From Lytechinus pictus (lineage: Eukaryota), in contig NC_087249.1 of the NCBI RefSeq assembly GCF_037042905.1, positions 9,674,001 through 9,738,000 of the forward strand: a stretch of DNA of 64,000 nucleotides, given 5' to 3'. The translations under genes and the position numbers were made by a program. The notes below the pieces were generated by a model that saw only the letters and a program-made list of their open reading frames with translations, did no database searches and had not been told where the DNA came from. Shown here piece by piece: positions 26,491-38,015 of this stretch. Position 1 is the first letter of the stretch. Each line of letters starts with the position of its first letter.

Positions 26491-27054
26491 CATGCATACC
26501 CTCTTTCAGGGGCACAGTAGGAAACGGGGGGGGGGGGGCAATTTAAGGATTTGCTGGAGGCACGTTTTTTACCTAGTGTATTACACCATTGACCTTTTGT
26601 ACACTGTACTAAGGGAAGTAATAATCTTGTTGGGGGGGGGGGGCTACTTAGTATAAATGTACATGTATGATATGTACAATGTATGTGGCGCGGTCCGTTC
26701 CAGAGCATCACCAATTTAGAAAGCCATTGGAATTCCTATTTTTCCCCATTCCAGAGACCCTCAAATTTTTTCTGGACAGTGCACTACCATAGCCGTTACC
26801 ATGCTACGTGAGTTCCGGAGACCCCATAATTTGATGTGGTCAGTTCCAGAGCATAGCAATATTTTTGATCCAAGAGCTGTTCTGGAGACCCCCATTTTAA
26901 GACCAAGACTAGTTCCAGAGCCCCCGACCCCAGAGTTTGGTGTGGCACATAGTTATTATGATATAATTCGATTAGGTAATAATTACACCATTAATTACAC
27001 CCTTAAATTTATCAAAAATTGATTTAAAAATGCTTTTGTGGTTTTTTTTGACAG

Positions 27055-27147
27055 TCAATGACAGGCATCGAGTGCAACCATAAATTCTGTGCAGACTGCT
27101 GGACGGAGTATCTTACAACCAAGATCATGGAGGAAGGCATGGGTCAA
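27055..27147 (+). CDS. ARIH1: ARIH1 exon 4 (RING1)
   Basis: [35 protein letters not shown] / GTAAGT. Confidence 0.95.
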
Positions 27148-27174
27148 GTAAGTCAAAACCACAATTTGTAATAT

Positions 27175-27750
27175 TTTTTTGTCTCGCCTGCATATAACAG
27201 AGTGCAGACTATAGGTGCCGCTTTTCTGACGGCGGTGGCGTCAATATTGAAATCTTAACCAAACTAATGTTCTTGAAATGTGATTATATCTACATGTATG
27301 TAATATATGGACCTATTTCATGAAACTTTGAAATAAGGTTAATCAATCATCACTTCAGGATCATTTTGACTAAGTTTCAGGTCACATGATCAAGGTCAAA
27401 GGTCATTTTATATAAATAGTCATTGAACATTGACCATGTTGCGGTATTATGTTGAAATCTTAGCCAAGGTTAAATTTTTGAAATGTCATCATGGATCTAT
27501 TGTATGAAACTTTAGAAGTATATGGGTAATGAAGTATCACTTAATATCTTGCATGTGCAGTGTACATGTATTTCTGGTCACATGATCAAGGTCAAATGTC
27601 ATTTGAAACCAATGAACTTAGTATTTTATTATGAAGTGGTATGTTAATGTTATTTTGGAAAATTTATTCATCTGAGTCATTTTCATTGTCAGCACTGCTG
27701 CTATATTGAATCTTGTTTATGCAGGCAAGACTGCCAGAGGCATTCCACTT
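27175..27750 (+). mobile_element. Complete Helentron/HINE (pearl-like) element filling most of ARIH1 intron 4
   Basis: 5' GTCTCGCCTGC, 3' subTIR GCAGGCAAGAC followed by small hairpin TGCC-AGA-GGCA, T-rich insertion site, 2 internal repeat units. Confidence 0.75.
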
Positions 27751-27914
27751 CTTTCATTATTATGTTTTTTTTTAAATTCTCCACCCCCCCCCCCCCCCCC
27801 CATGGAAACCTTGTTTAGATTTATGAAGCCCTTTAGATATTTTGTTTTCCTTGAAAGACAATTTCCCTCAAGTGATGACTGGATACATGTATGTTTTCCT
27901 TTCTAAATTTTCAG

Positions 27915-27970
27915 ACTATAGCTTGTGCAGCCCATGGATGTGATATCCTTGTAGATGACATAACAGTTAT
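27915..27970 (+). CDS. ARIH1: ARIH1 exon 5 (end of RING1)
   Basis: TIACAAHGCDILVDDITV(M); TCAG / GTAAGT, phase 2. Confidence 0.95.
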
Positions 27971-29576
27971 GTAAGTATCACATGATTCGCATACTTTAAT
28001 AGAGAAACATTCAGGTACATAAATACAGAATGAAAGATAATACATTATGTACCAGTTTTACCAGTATGCCCGTTCATTTAAAGGATACATTTGTTTGTTT
28101 TTTCTTTTGACAAGTGTTGCTCATTTTTGCTTGAGGGCAATTTCATAAAATATATGTACGTCTGATCCCCTATATACAGGACCTTCATGAAATTTTCTGT
28201 CTGTGATTTCTTGTTCTATTGACAGTCTGTAATGTTATCAAAGGACCATGACTTGGTCAGGTTATGAAATGAAGTTAGACTCGAGAAAAATGTAGGTCGG
28301 ACGTACAAAAAGGTTGATCATTTATTATTGGCAGATCAGTGTGAAGCACTGGAGTAGCTGATGCCAACGCAGTTGATGATCATACTGATGTATAACTGCA
28401 TGTGCAGATGTACATCTTTATCTATGTACTATGCCTATACCTTTATAGTCACCCAGCGTTTTTGATCAAAATGTATATCCATTTAAATGTGTAATCCATG
28501 GAGTGTCTGTGTTGGAGAGTACTATTTGACAGTGACATGGAGCTGCATGTACGATTGAATGCTGAACATTTTCAATGTACATTTAGGCCTGCATTGCTCA
28601 TATTCAGATGAACCATGTGGGAACATTTAAAACTACAGTGTATAAATAAATGATTGGATGATTATTACTCTATAAATCATACATGTAAATACATAGTTTT
28701 CCTTAAAAAAAAAAAAAAATAGCCAATTCATAAAAAAATTTACTTGAAATGTGTATTTTTTATTCAAATTTTGTAGCCTTTTTGCCAGTGAGCGCCATTG
28801 ATATGATAAGAGATAGATTATGACTCAGATTAAGTCTAAAGTACAGCTTTATGAATCAAACTGCAAACATTTAGATTAAATTTACTGTTATTCTTGCGTG
28901 TATACCATGTGGATCATGTTGCTTTAATCATTATTACATACAGTGGGAAACTTGGGTCGGGATGAGGATGATGTCCCTCAAAAATCAAAATGGCAAGGTA
29001 TCCTGGGACTACCCCCCCCCCAAAAAAAAGAGCAAAATTGAACAAAGAAAGAAAAAAGTGGAGGTGTGATTTTATTGCTAACATTGGTGTGAATAATTGG
29101 AAGGGATACAGTTTTAAATCATGCCCTTGTTTTTGTATTTTCTCTGATTCTCCTTTGTAAATTTGAACTTAAAGGATTAGATGTCCTGTGGCTGATGGAT
29201 TAGTATTTTAAGGCTTGACCTTTGGACTCCATATTGTACATTGCAGTATTTGTCGTAATCAATTACACAAAGATCTATACCACATGTACACTGTAATTCT
29301 TTGTCATAATGATAATGAATCCCTTTAAATCCACATTATGAATAAATTATTAGATTTTTCAAAACCACTCCTCTTGAAATGAATGAATACTAGTTTCTGA
29401 AAACTGAAACCAATGGTAATTTGAAAACTCTTTCTCTTTCCTTTTTTTGTGCTCTCCCATTTCCATTTCCAGTACTGTAATACTTTTCTTCTTTATTTTG
29501 TTTAATTTGTTTAAAAAGAGTGCAGAGTAAAAAGAAGTTGAATGATATCAGATGTAAGAAATATAATGCGATTTAA

Positions 29577-29968
29577 AGGTAAAAGACAGTAGTTAAAGCA
29601 AACTATAATTTCATGAGAAAGTCTTTAAAATCCAGGTTAATTGCCATAATATTATCATAGATCTAGTTCTGGTACATTGAAATAAACTTATTTTGTGAAA
29701 TCTTGAAATTTTAGCTGAAAACCGATAATTCTGATGATCACGAACACAAAAAAAGCATATATGGGACAGTGTATTAATATTGCTTGGAAAAATACCTGAC
29801 ATTTGATGGAATTCCATGCTTATTTTGCTAATTTCTCAGCAATTACGCATTTTCTTCCAGAGCCACTTGGCGCATATTTTTATTCATACATACAGACACT
29901 TGGATGGTAATTTTTATGGATTCTGTTTGAACTCATTTTGAGATCGTTACCAAAACTGGTATTTATCT
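29577..29968 (-). mobile_element. TTAA-flanked Kolobok-like MITE, same family as 25445..25838 in opposite orientation
   Basis: AGATCGTTACCAAAACTGG-ATTTATCT|TTAA is the reverse complement of the 25445 left end. Confidence 0.85.
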
Positions 29969-30078
29969 TTAAGCCAAATTTTTATACTAGTACATGCACA
30001 CTGTGTATTTGAATATTGAATACATTATTGTATACACATATTTCTTGAATATTTATTTTCCCTTTTCTTCTACTGTAG

Positions 30079-30252
30079 GAAATTAGTGAAAGAGGCCAAA
30101 GTGAAACTGAAGTATCAGCACCTAATTTCCAATAGTTTTGTGGAATGCAATCGTCTAATGAGATGGTGCCCTGCCCCCGACTGCCCCAACGCATTTAAAG
30201 CTAACCACATAGAACCCCACCCTGTTACCTGTATTTGCTCACATACATGCTG
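30079..30252 (+). CDS. ARIH1: ARIH1 exon 6 (IBR)
   Basis: [35 protein letters not shown]...CICSHTC; GTAG / GTAAGT. Confidence 0.95.
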
Positions 30253-30264
30253 GTAAGTTATAGA

Positions 30265-30392
30265 TGTAGATGGATAGATTGATTGATGAAAGGATGGATG
30301 GATGGAGGGAGGGATAGATTGATGGATGGATAGATGGTTAGATGAATTGATGGATAGATGGATGGATGGATGGATTATTGATGGATGGATCA
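30265..30392. repeat. (GATG/GATA)n microsatellite
   Basis: Direct reading. Confidence 0.9.
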
Positions 30393-30874
30393 TGAATGAA
30401 TGATTAAATGATTACCTTGAGGGAAAAAATAATCAAATGATTTATTTCAACATTCACGATAATTGTATTGGTCCATGAATGCTGGCATACTTACAAAGTA
30501 ATTCAATTTCCAATTGCTTTCAAATACATACATACACAAATGATGGAAAATACAATGTCATTCAATTAGTTAAGTACAGTGTATTAAAGCTGTCATTGAC
30601 TGTTCCATGTAATATTTACCCCGCTTAGCCTATTGGGACTTTACTTTTAGTTCTTGTTCATACATGAAAGAAAAATAAGTCACTACTATTCATGGTGTGA
30701 TTTTAGGACGAATGGTTGTACAACAGGTGAAAAATCACAAAAAGGTGATTGAATATTACTAGTGTTTTAAAGTTTTAAGTATCAGTTTAAAGGAAAACTG
30801 GGGTTTTGATTGTTTTCTTTCCTGATATTCTCTTTTAGCAAGCATTTCTTTCTTACCCTTTTATTTTGGTTCCA

Positions 30875-31052
30875 TGACATTTGCTCTGGCAACAATGGCT
30901 TCGCTCTAAATTCCACACACTTAATTGAATGACCAACTTAACCCTGGGTTTAAAACCTAAACCTAACATAAATCCTATTGCAAACATAATCCTAACCCTA
31001 TATCTTAGACAAAATTAAAGCCAGAGCAATTGTCGCAGGAGCAAAATTGTGT
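30875..31052. mobile_element. Short IR-bounded element with internal CCTAAC-like repeats
   Basis: TTTGCTCTGGCAACAAT / ATTGTCGCAGGAGCAAA imperfect IR. Confidence 0.5.
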
Positions 31053-31145
31053 CTTTATTTCATTTCAATGTATGCTTCTTTTAATTTTCTTTAAATTTAA
31101 GAAGAAAGATCATCATTTCTTGTTTTTTTACTTTTATTTTTCTAG

Positions 31146-31188
31146 CTTTGTCTGTGGTGAAAATTGGCATGATCCTGTCAAGTGTTCA
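31146..31188 (+). CDS. ARIH1: ARIH1 exon 7 (IBR)
   Basis: (C)FVCGENWHDPVKCS; CTAG / GTAAGT. Confidence 0.95.
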
Positions 31189-31949
31189 GTAAGTAATAAA
31201 GAATAAGCCAATTTTTGGCAGTATAGATTAAAAAAAAAATGTAGATTTCAATTATTTTTATTGCTACTCCCAACGATCATTACAACATTAAATTGTTTTC
31301 TACCATGTAATTTTTTCCTTCAGTCTACAAATCCATTGTAAATGTTTTGTGGTGTGTCACTGAATTATTGCCATTTATTCCCCCACTCTGCAACGACGAA
31401 GAGCAAAGCTTATGTGCTTGAAACATCAAGAATATGTTTCTATCTCTCTTGCTCTCTTTCTTTGTCATTCTTTCAACCCTTAGTCTGTTAAAAGTTGTAC
31501 TTAGTCTTAAGATGTAGTTATTTCATATTATTATGTAATTGAATGGTGAAAATAATGTGTAATCAAATTTGTAACATTACAATTGTAAACTTCATGTAAT
31601 TCAGCCTTTGGGCTGCGATGTGTTGTTTTTGCCAATAAATACCATTTTACTACTACTACTACTACAAGAATAACAGTTCTTTTAAGAAGTATCATCAAAA
31701 AGATGACCAACAGTCCTTTGAAGGACTACCTTACATGGTGTTACTGCAAACCTTGCTATCCACTCAGTACCGCCATGCAAACCTTCAAAGCTCACAGTAT
31801 GTTTGTGTATATTATGTCATTTAACAGTAATCCCAGTAGCTACATCTATTCTTAAAGATACTATTCTTTTTGATACGCGGTTTTGTGCTAACCTTTCTTT
31901 TGTTATTTCCCATTGTTCACATTCTTGTTTTCATCTTTATTATACACAG

Positions 31950-32099
31950 TGGCTCAAGAAGTGGATCAAAAAATGTGATGATGACAGCGAGACTTCCAAC
32001 TGGATTGCAGCTAACACCAAAGAATGTCCCAAGTGTCATGTGACCATAGAGAAGGACGGTGGTTGCAATCACATGGTTTGTCGCAACCAGAACTGCAAG
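31950..32099 (+). CDS. ARIH1: ARIH1 exon 8 (RING2 with catalytic Cys in GGCNH)
   Basis: [54 protein letters not shown] / GTAAGG. Confidence 0.97.
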
Positions 32100-32539
32100 G
32101 TAAGGTCCATTTATTTCCTGTGATAAATAACATTGTCTGGTATTCTTCTTATGAGTCATAGCATTGATTAAATTAATCCCCAAAACAGGGGAGGGGGTGC
32201 TGGTTCAGGCCCCTTGACATTTTTGTGATGAGGAGAATTTTTTTTCTACTATGACTTCATGACCTTTATGACATTTTGCGCATATTTTGATAATTTTTGT
32301 TATTACATTTGCATACAGCATTAACAGAATTATTCAATATAAAATTCTTCTTTGACTTCATGAGCTCTCTGCATCCATGTATATACACCAGTTCCATTGC
32401 TACCATTTCTCTGGGGGTAATCAAAGAAAAGGGGAATCGTATCTGTGCATCAAAGTCTCCTTTCCGCTCTCCCAAACACCCTGACGGCAGGCATGCAGGA
32501 GAGTCCTCGGACCAGAAAAAGATGCCTGCTCTCTACACG

Positions 32540-33215
32540 GTGTTGTATTGCTAGCATGTTAATCATAGCTATGACGTGATGCAGGAATCGCTGAATAGAG
32601 TCACTTGTGAATACCGAAACTGAAATCTAAAGTATTTATCCATCAAGTGTTTTAAGGTGCCAGCCACACGGTTAGACCTTCTCCCCATTTCTTGTTCGCC
32701 CCACGAGTAGAAATTGACATCTTCTTCGTCCTGTGTTCCAAGGGCATCTGTGATACCTATAACGCGATGCAGGAATCACTTTTTATACTAAAATCTAAAG
32801 ACAAGTGTCTATCCATAAAGTGTTTGAGGGCACTGGCCATTCGATAACCCCTCTGCCCATTTCTTGTTTGCCCCATGAGCATAATTGGATATCTTTAACG
32901 GCCTGTGTTCCAGGGATATCTGTTATACCTAAGATGAAATGCAAAGTGTTTGAGGGCACTGGCCACTTGGATAGCCGCTCTCCCCATTTCTTGTTCGTCC
33001 CAAGAGTAGAAATGGATATCTTCTTCGGCCTATGTTCCAGGGATATCTGTTATACCTCAGATGTGATTCAGGAATTGCTGAATATGGTCACTTTCTTTAT
33101 ACCACGATCCATAAATAAATTCCTATCCAGAAAGGTATTTGAGGGCACTGGCCACTCTTATCCCCTGTCCCATCTTGTTTATCCCAAAAGTAGAAATAGA
33201 GTGGGCTTGTGTCCC
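32540..33215. repeat. Diverged tandem repeat, ~4 units of 125-190 bp
   Basis: AAGTGTTTGAGGGCACTGGCCA...CCCATTTCTTGTT recurs at ~32646, 32818, 32945 and 33132. Confidence 0.85.
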
Positions 33216-33385
33216 AATGAGTTCTTTCTTGTTCAGGTTCATGTTCCGCAATTCCTAGAACATCAGGGAATAATTTTCCTGTTGCTCCACATTTTTTATG
33301 ACTGCTAAACAAAATTTCCTTTGTGTAGCAATTTTTATCATAGGACTTTACAGGACATAGTATAAAGATCTTTCTCTTACAACCA

Positions 33386-33655
33386 GGCCCCCATCTTACA
33401 AAGAGTTACGATTGATCCAATCAATCGTAACTCTATGGAAATCCATCAGTGTCATAATTTTTTCTACAGGAAATTTGCACAATGTCCTTTGTAAACAGAG
33501 AGAAGCACAGTGAATTTTCAAGACAACGATGAATGCATGAATATAAATCATAGCTAGAAAATATTTTGAACAAACATGCATAAGAGATGTCGACATTGCT
33601 GGCCATCCATAGTTGCGATCGATCGGATCAATCGCAACTCTTTGTAAGACAGGCA
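33386..33655. mobile_element. MITE (Harbinger-like)
   Basis: TIR TCTTACAAAGAGTTACGATTGATCC / GGATCAATCGCAACTCTTTGTAAGA. Confidence 0.8.
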
Positions 33656-33689
33656 CAGAAATGCTTGATCAAATTTGAGAAGTAGAATT

Positions 33690-34320
33690 ATTCTGTGAGC
33701 ATAAAGCCAAAGTTGTCTCGCATAGTATGCTCCACTGACAGGAGAAAGTCTGATTACTGGATAAAATGGAAAGACAGGATTAGCGTTGAATCATCTGGTT
33801 TTGCTGCAGTTCATAAAACTTCCTTGGTCTGCACAATGGACAGGTAGCTCTGTGATTGAAAAAAATTATTTTCATCATCTCTCTCTGATGTAACCATTAG
33901 TCCAAACGAATATTCATTGGTCATTTGATTGACAAAGCAAATGTTGAACTCTCCAACAGAGATGATGTAGTATTAGTGGTATATTTAAGGGCCTCGGTCA
34001 TTGTTTTGTTTCTTGAACATATCCCACATTTTCCTAATGCTGAGAGAGCTTGGCAGACACCGCTTGTTTGGAGTTTTGGCACATTCATAAATGAAAGGCA
34101 CAGCATCTGAAAAAGTCAATACAAGCCCAAATGCATTTTTTTTTTTGTGAATCCTTCATTTGCTCTTTGAAATATTCCTTTCAGGTTTCGATTGTCGTTG
34201 TTTCTCCATGAGCATCTAATCAATGTCCATTTTTTCCTTCCACAAAGCAGTACTGACTCTCACACCATGATAAAACTCCCTTCTTCCACTTCTTTCAAGT
34301 TCTATTAAATGTTGTAAGTT
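33690..34320 (-). pseudogene. Degraded DNA-transposon transposase fragment, Sola1-like (copy A)
   Basis: Minus-strand pieces across frameshifts: KTPNKRCLPSSLSIRKMWDMFKK, YYIISVGEFNICFVN, RKFYEL, TLILSFHFIQ, and AYYARQLWLY (33701..33730). Confidence 0.7.
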
Positions 34321-34373
34321 ATAATTGTTATCGATGAAAAAAAGATGAAAAATGTAATTTGATTTGATGTTAT

Positions 34374-35939
34374 CAGAGCTGCCAAATAGTACGATTTTGT
34401 CGTATTCCGTACGATTTTTCACTTGAAATACGACACTAGGATTTTTATAGATAAAATACGATTTTTTGAAAATATAGCTATGGCAAGGCTCGACATTACA
34501 GAAATACACCTCGGGCAATCATTAATGAAAAATGTTAAGTTTTGGTGGCCCGAATCGGGCAACCAATAATTTTCAAAGTAGCGCAATTTTTCCTCCGATT
34601 TTTCACGCATTTATCAACTTTATACAGTTCAAATTGCAACCAAATCATCATGCGCCCTTTTTGTTGATCTACACACAAATACACACACACATGACAGTAC
34701 ATAGCCTTACCGCTATAGCATACAGTAGCTATTATCCTGCCGGCCGGCTGGCGTGAGCTTTGCATGAAACCACAGCAGCTACATGTAGCTATATCTGTGC
34801 GCTAGCAGCCTATTCAGATTCGGGGAGCTACGATACGAAATGTTGCTGCTAAGAAATCTTCCACAGAACTTTGAAAATCTATGTCAAAGTCACATTTTAC
34901 ACCAATGACATGCCCTTCTACAGTCCAGATTACTCAAATCTGGTGTAAACTGATTATCTGCAAGCATTAAAAACAGGAATTATGACCTCTCTTTTGACTC
35001 AAAAAGACCGATTTCCAAATGTGTTAATACACATAAAAACACAGGTGAGTACATCACAGTCCCACATGTGCATTTGTATGTATGTTGATACTTGGTTTCT
35101 TTCGAAGCTGCGTCTTTTCTAGCAAAAAATAAGCAGACAGTTTCTTTCTTTTTTGTTTATAAATGACTTCTTAAATCACTCTTCATAAAGAAAATACTTT
35201 GGGAAGGCATTTCATTGATATGAAATGTGAATTTTTCAAACATTTTGGCAAACAAAGTAAAGGACTTTTCTCACACCTTTTTTCCAGATATAGCCTAACT
35301 TTTACAGTTTTCTTATTTTTTTTTTTTTTTTTTGACAGTGGTTAAACCATATACCCCTTCCCATTGAATATGCCTGATTAAAGAATATGTTTCTACTAAA
35401 AAAATAATAATACAAACGAAATTAAGGTTATAAAAATAGAAATGCGTCATCCCCAAAAGGTGAGTGAAAATTATTTGCTCAATTGGCTTAAACTGTTGCT
35501 ACGTACAGCTGTTAAAAAATATTTGTAATGGCTTCTCATTTTTTCCCCCTTCACCATTTTTATTTATTTGTTTTATTAATTTTTTTTAAATTGTCTTTTG
35601 TTTCTTTTTTTTCTTTAATTTTTCTTTTTTACTTTTTTACTTTTTTTCCTGTTCTGTTTTGGTGGGGCCACCAAACTTTAATATTGGGCCACCAACAAAA
35701 ATAATTTGAAGGTTTTGGTGGCCCGAACGGGCCACCACCAAAACCACCAAACGGGCCACCACCAAAAAAGTTAATGTGGAACCTTGCCTGTCGGATGTAA
35801 AAATTACAGTGAGCACAACAAAATAATGAGATGTATAGTAGGAAAGTACACGACGGGTATGAATAGGATTTTTTGCCTAAAAATAGGATTTTTGGGGTGA
35901 AATAATAGGATTTTTGGTCAAGTGTGGTTGGCAGCTCTG
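34374..35939. mobile_element. hAT-like non-autonomous element with 6-bp TSD TGTTAT, containing a nested element
   Basis: TIR CAGAGCTGCCAA / TTGGCAGCTCTG; subterminal TACGATTTT / TAGGATTTT repeats. Confidence 0.85.
34484..35786. mobile_element. Nested TIR element (hAT-like)
   Basis: TIR CAAGGCTCGACATTA / TAATGTGGAACCTTG (13/15); GGTGGCCCG sub-repeats at both ends; no clear TSD. Confidence 0.6.
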
Positions 35940-35989
35940 TGTTATAGGGAGAGCGTGATTCGGCATCAAATCAGTGTCACTTTCTGAAG

Positions 35990-36420
35990 TGACCATTGCT
36001 CAAAGCAAACATACATCGGTTCTTGGGTTACCAAAGCTTATGGTGAACTCTCCCACAAAGATGTTGTAGTATGTGTTTCCAGGTCTGGTCATTGTTTTAT
36101 TTGTTGAACATGTCCCACATTTGTCTGATGGCAAGAGAGCTTGGCAGATCTCGCCTGTTTGGGGTTTTGACACATCCAAAAATGAGAGGCACAGCATCTG
36201 AAAGGCTTGATTTGAGCCTAAATGTGATCTTTTTGTGAATCCATCGTTTCCTTTTGATCCCCTTCTTCTTTCGGAGCTTGGATTGTGATTATCTTCCCAC
36301 AAGTTTTCCTGTCAAGCTCAAAAGTTGTTTCTTTCCATGAGCAAAGATACAATGTAGGCTGCTGAAGAAGGCTGAACAAAATGCACACTCGCTGCATTGC
36401 ATAGTAACCTGTTGTAGACA
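35990..36420 (-). pseudogene. Degraded Sola1-like transposase fragment (copy B, overlapping homology with copy A)
   Basis: Minus-strand pieces: SAFFSSLHCI, ERRRG, QIKPFRCCASHF, KTPNRRDLPSSLAIRQMWDMF, YYNIFVGEFTISFGNPRTDVC. Confidence 0.7.
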
Positions 36421-36823
36421 AATAAGAAATGGGATGGCAAATTAGATTTTAATCACATATGAAAAATAAACTAGTCTTTGTACATGTTCAATAAAACACT
36501 GAAGAGTACTGAAGAGTAATATCAGACTGAGTGTTTAGTTGTAGTGTTGTGTTCATAATGATTGAAAAATGTCTACACTTGAATATAAAGTTAGTGTTGT
36601 CAATTACTAGACATTGCAATACATTCTTGAAATATTCATGTAATTGCTTGAATTTAGGAAACATACCTTCAGGGCTTGAATTAATCCAAGGCCATGGAAT
36701 CTGGGACCCGTTTTAAAACTTGTAATAATAACTTTGACCTGGGCTATTTTTTGTGCCCCGCCTCCTTTTTTAAATTTTTTTTCTCTTGCACTTTCATAAA
36801 GAAATATGCTCTCATTCATCAAG

Positions 36824-36925
36824 ATGTTGGGTCGTGGAAAAGGAGGAAAGGGTTGTGCCAAGCACCATCGCAAGGTTCTACGAGACAACATCCAGGGTAT
36901 TACGAAGCTATAAGTGGCCTTGCCA
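36824..36925 (+). pseudogene. Histone H4 N-terminal fragment (orphon-like) in ARIH1 intron 8
   Basis: Translates [28 protein letters not shown], then after a frameshift AISGLA, versus H4 [39 protein letters not shown]. Confidence 0.9.
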
Positions 36926-37036
36926 TAAAGAATATTGCAATTAAAGGTCTGCACCTATATTTGTGTGAACATCATACTCTGAAGAAGTCATGGTATAAGT
37001 TTTGAAAATTATTTTTCATTTGATTTTTCTTTGCAG

Positions 37037-37089
37037 GCTGACTTCTGTTGGGTGTGTCTAGGACCATGGGAGCCCCATGGATCATCATG
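37037..37089 (+). CDS. ARIH1: ARIH1 exon 9 (RING2)
   Basis: [17 protein letters not shown](W); GCAG / GTAAGA. Confidence 0.95.
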
Positions 37090-37126
37090 GTAAGATATTA
37101 ATAATCTTTTTTTTTTAAGCGTTAAA

Positions 37127-37422
37127 AGACCAGCGCACACTATGCGACACAATTGCACCCAAATCGCAGAGTGTCCGCCAACCTGCAGCACGCTGCAACT
37201 GTGATCCAATTTGTTGCAGAGGAACCGCAGACCGAATCTCGGACATTTGACACGTCAGATCTTCCTGTGATTTTGATGATTTGAGCCAATCAGATTTGTC
37301 CTAGATGATGACGTCATGACCACTTTGACGTGCTGCTGCAGTGTAGACAACATACACATGAAAGAGGAGGGGTCATAGAGAAGCAGCGCATTGCAGAGCC
37401 GTTGCAATGTGTGCGCTGGCCT
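37127..37422. mobile_element. Probable Harbinger-like MITE
   Basis: IR AGACCAGCGCACAC / GTGTGCGCTGGCCT. Confidence 0.5.
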
Positions 37423-38015
37423 GCGATGTGATTGCACCGATATGCGATTGGACAAATATTGCAGTCGGAAACAATCAGTCATTCCTGCACACGATGTATG
37501 CACATCCTCCACTCCCTGGGAAGTAATGATCCAGCCAGTCGTCATTGAGGCGCACACAATACTGGACAAGCTACAATGATTTTCCCATCCTACTGGGTAC
37601 CCATTGTGGTCCCATTTGTAGACTTTCATGTAGTAGATTGAGTGTGACATCAACTGAAACAATCTTTCAGAGTAAAATAAGAACTGTATACTTATCTTTT
37701 TCTTGACAGTTTCCAAATAAATCAAACAATTTCAAGGAAATTTGGAAAATAGGTGCACATTTGATGAATATAAAGCAACTTTTTTGGGGAAGGTTTTTGT
37801 TGTTGTTTTACCCTAGCCAGTTAACAGTAACCAGCCATTTATTTATAGCACTTTAATGTTTTCAAAATTTTGCATAATGGCTATAGACTCGTAAAGGCGA
37901 AGACAAAAGCTGTTGACTCTGCCTAGATTATGGGCTAGACTGGCTGAGACTTGGCCAGTCACTAGATTTGTCTTTATAAATTAAGGTCGAATAAAGGAGG
38001 TTGGACTGAAGTTAA

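Noticed and set aside
36170..36220. THAP-domain AVPxIF motif (RLKSSLSDAVPLIF) on the minus strand
   Set aside because: No upstream C2CH THAP residues; better explained as the off-frame reading of the Sola1-like SH(Y/F) region
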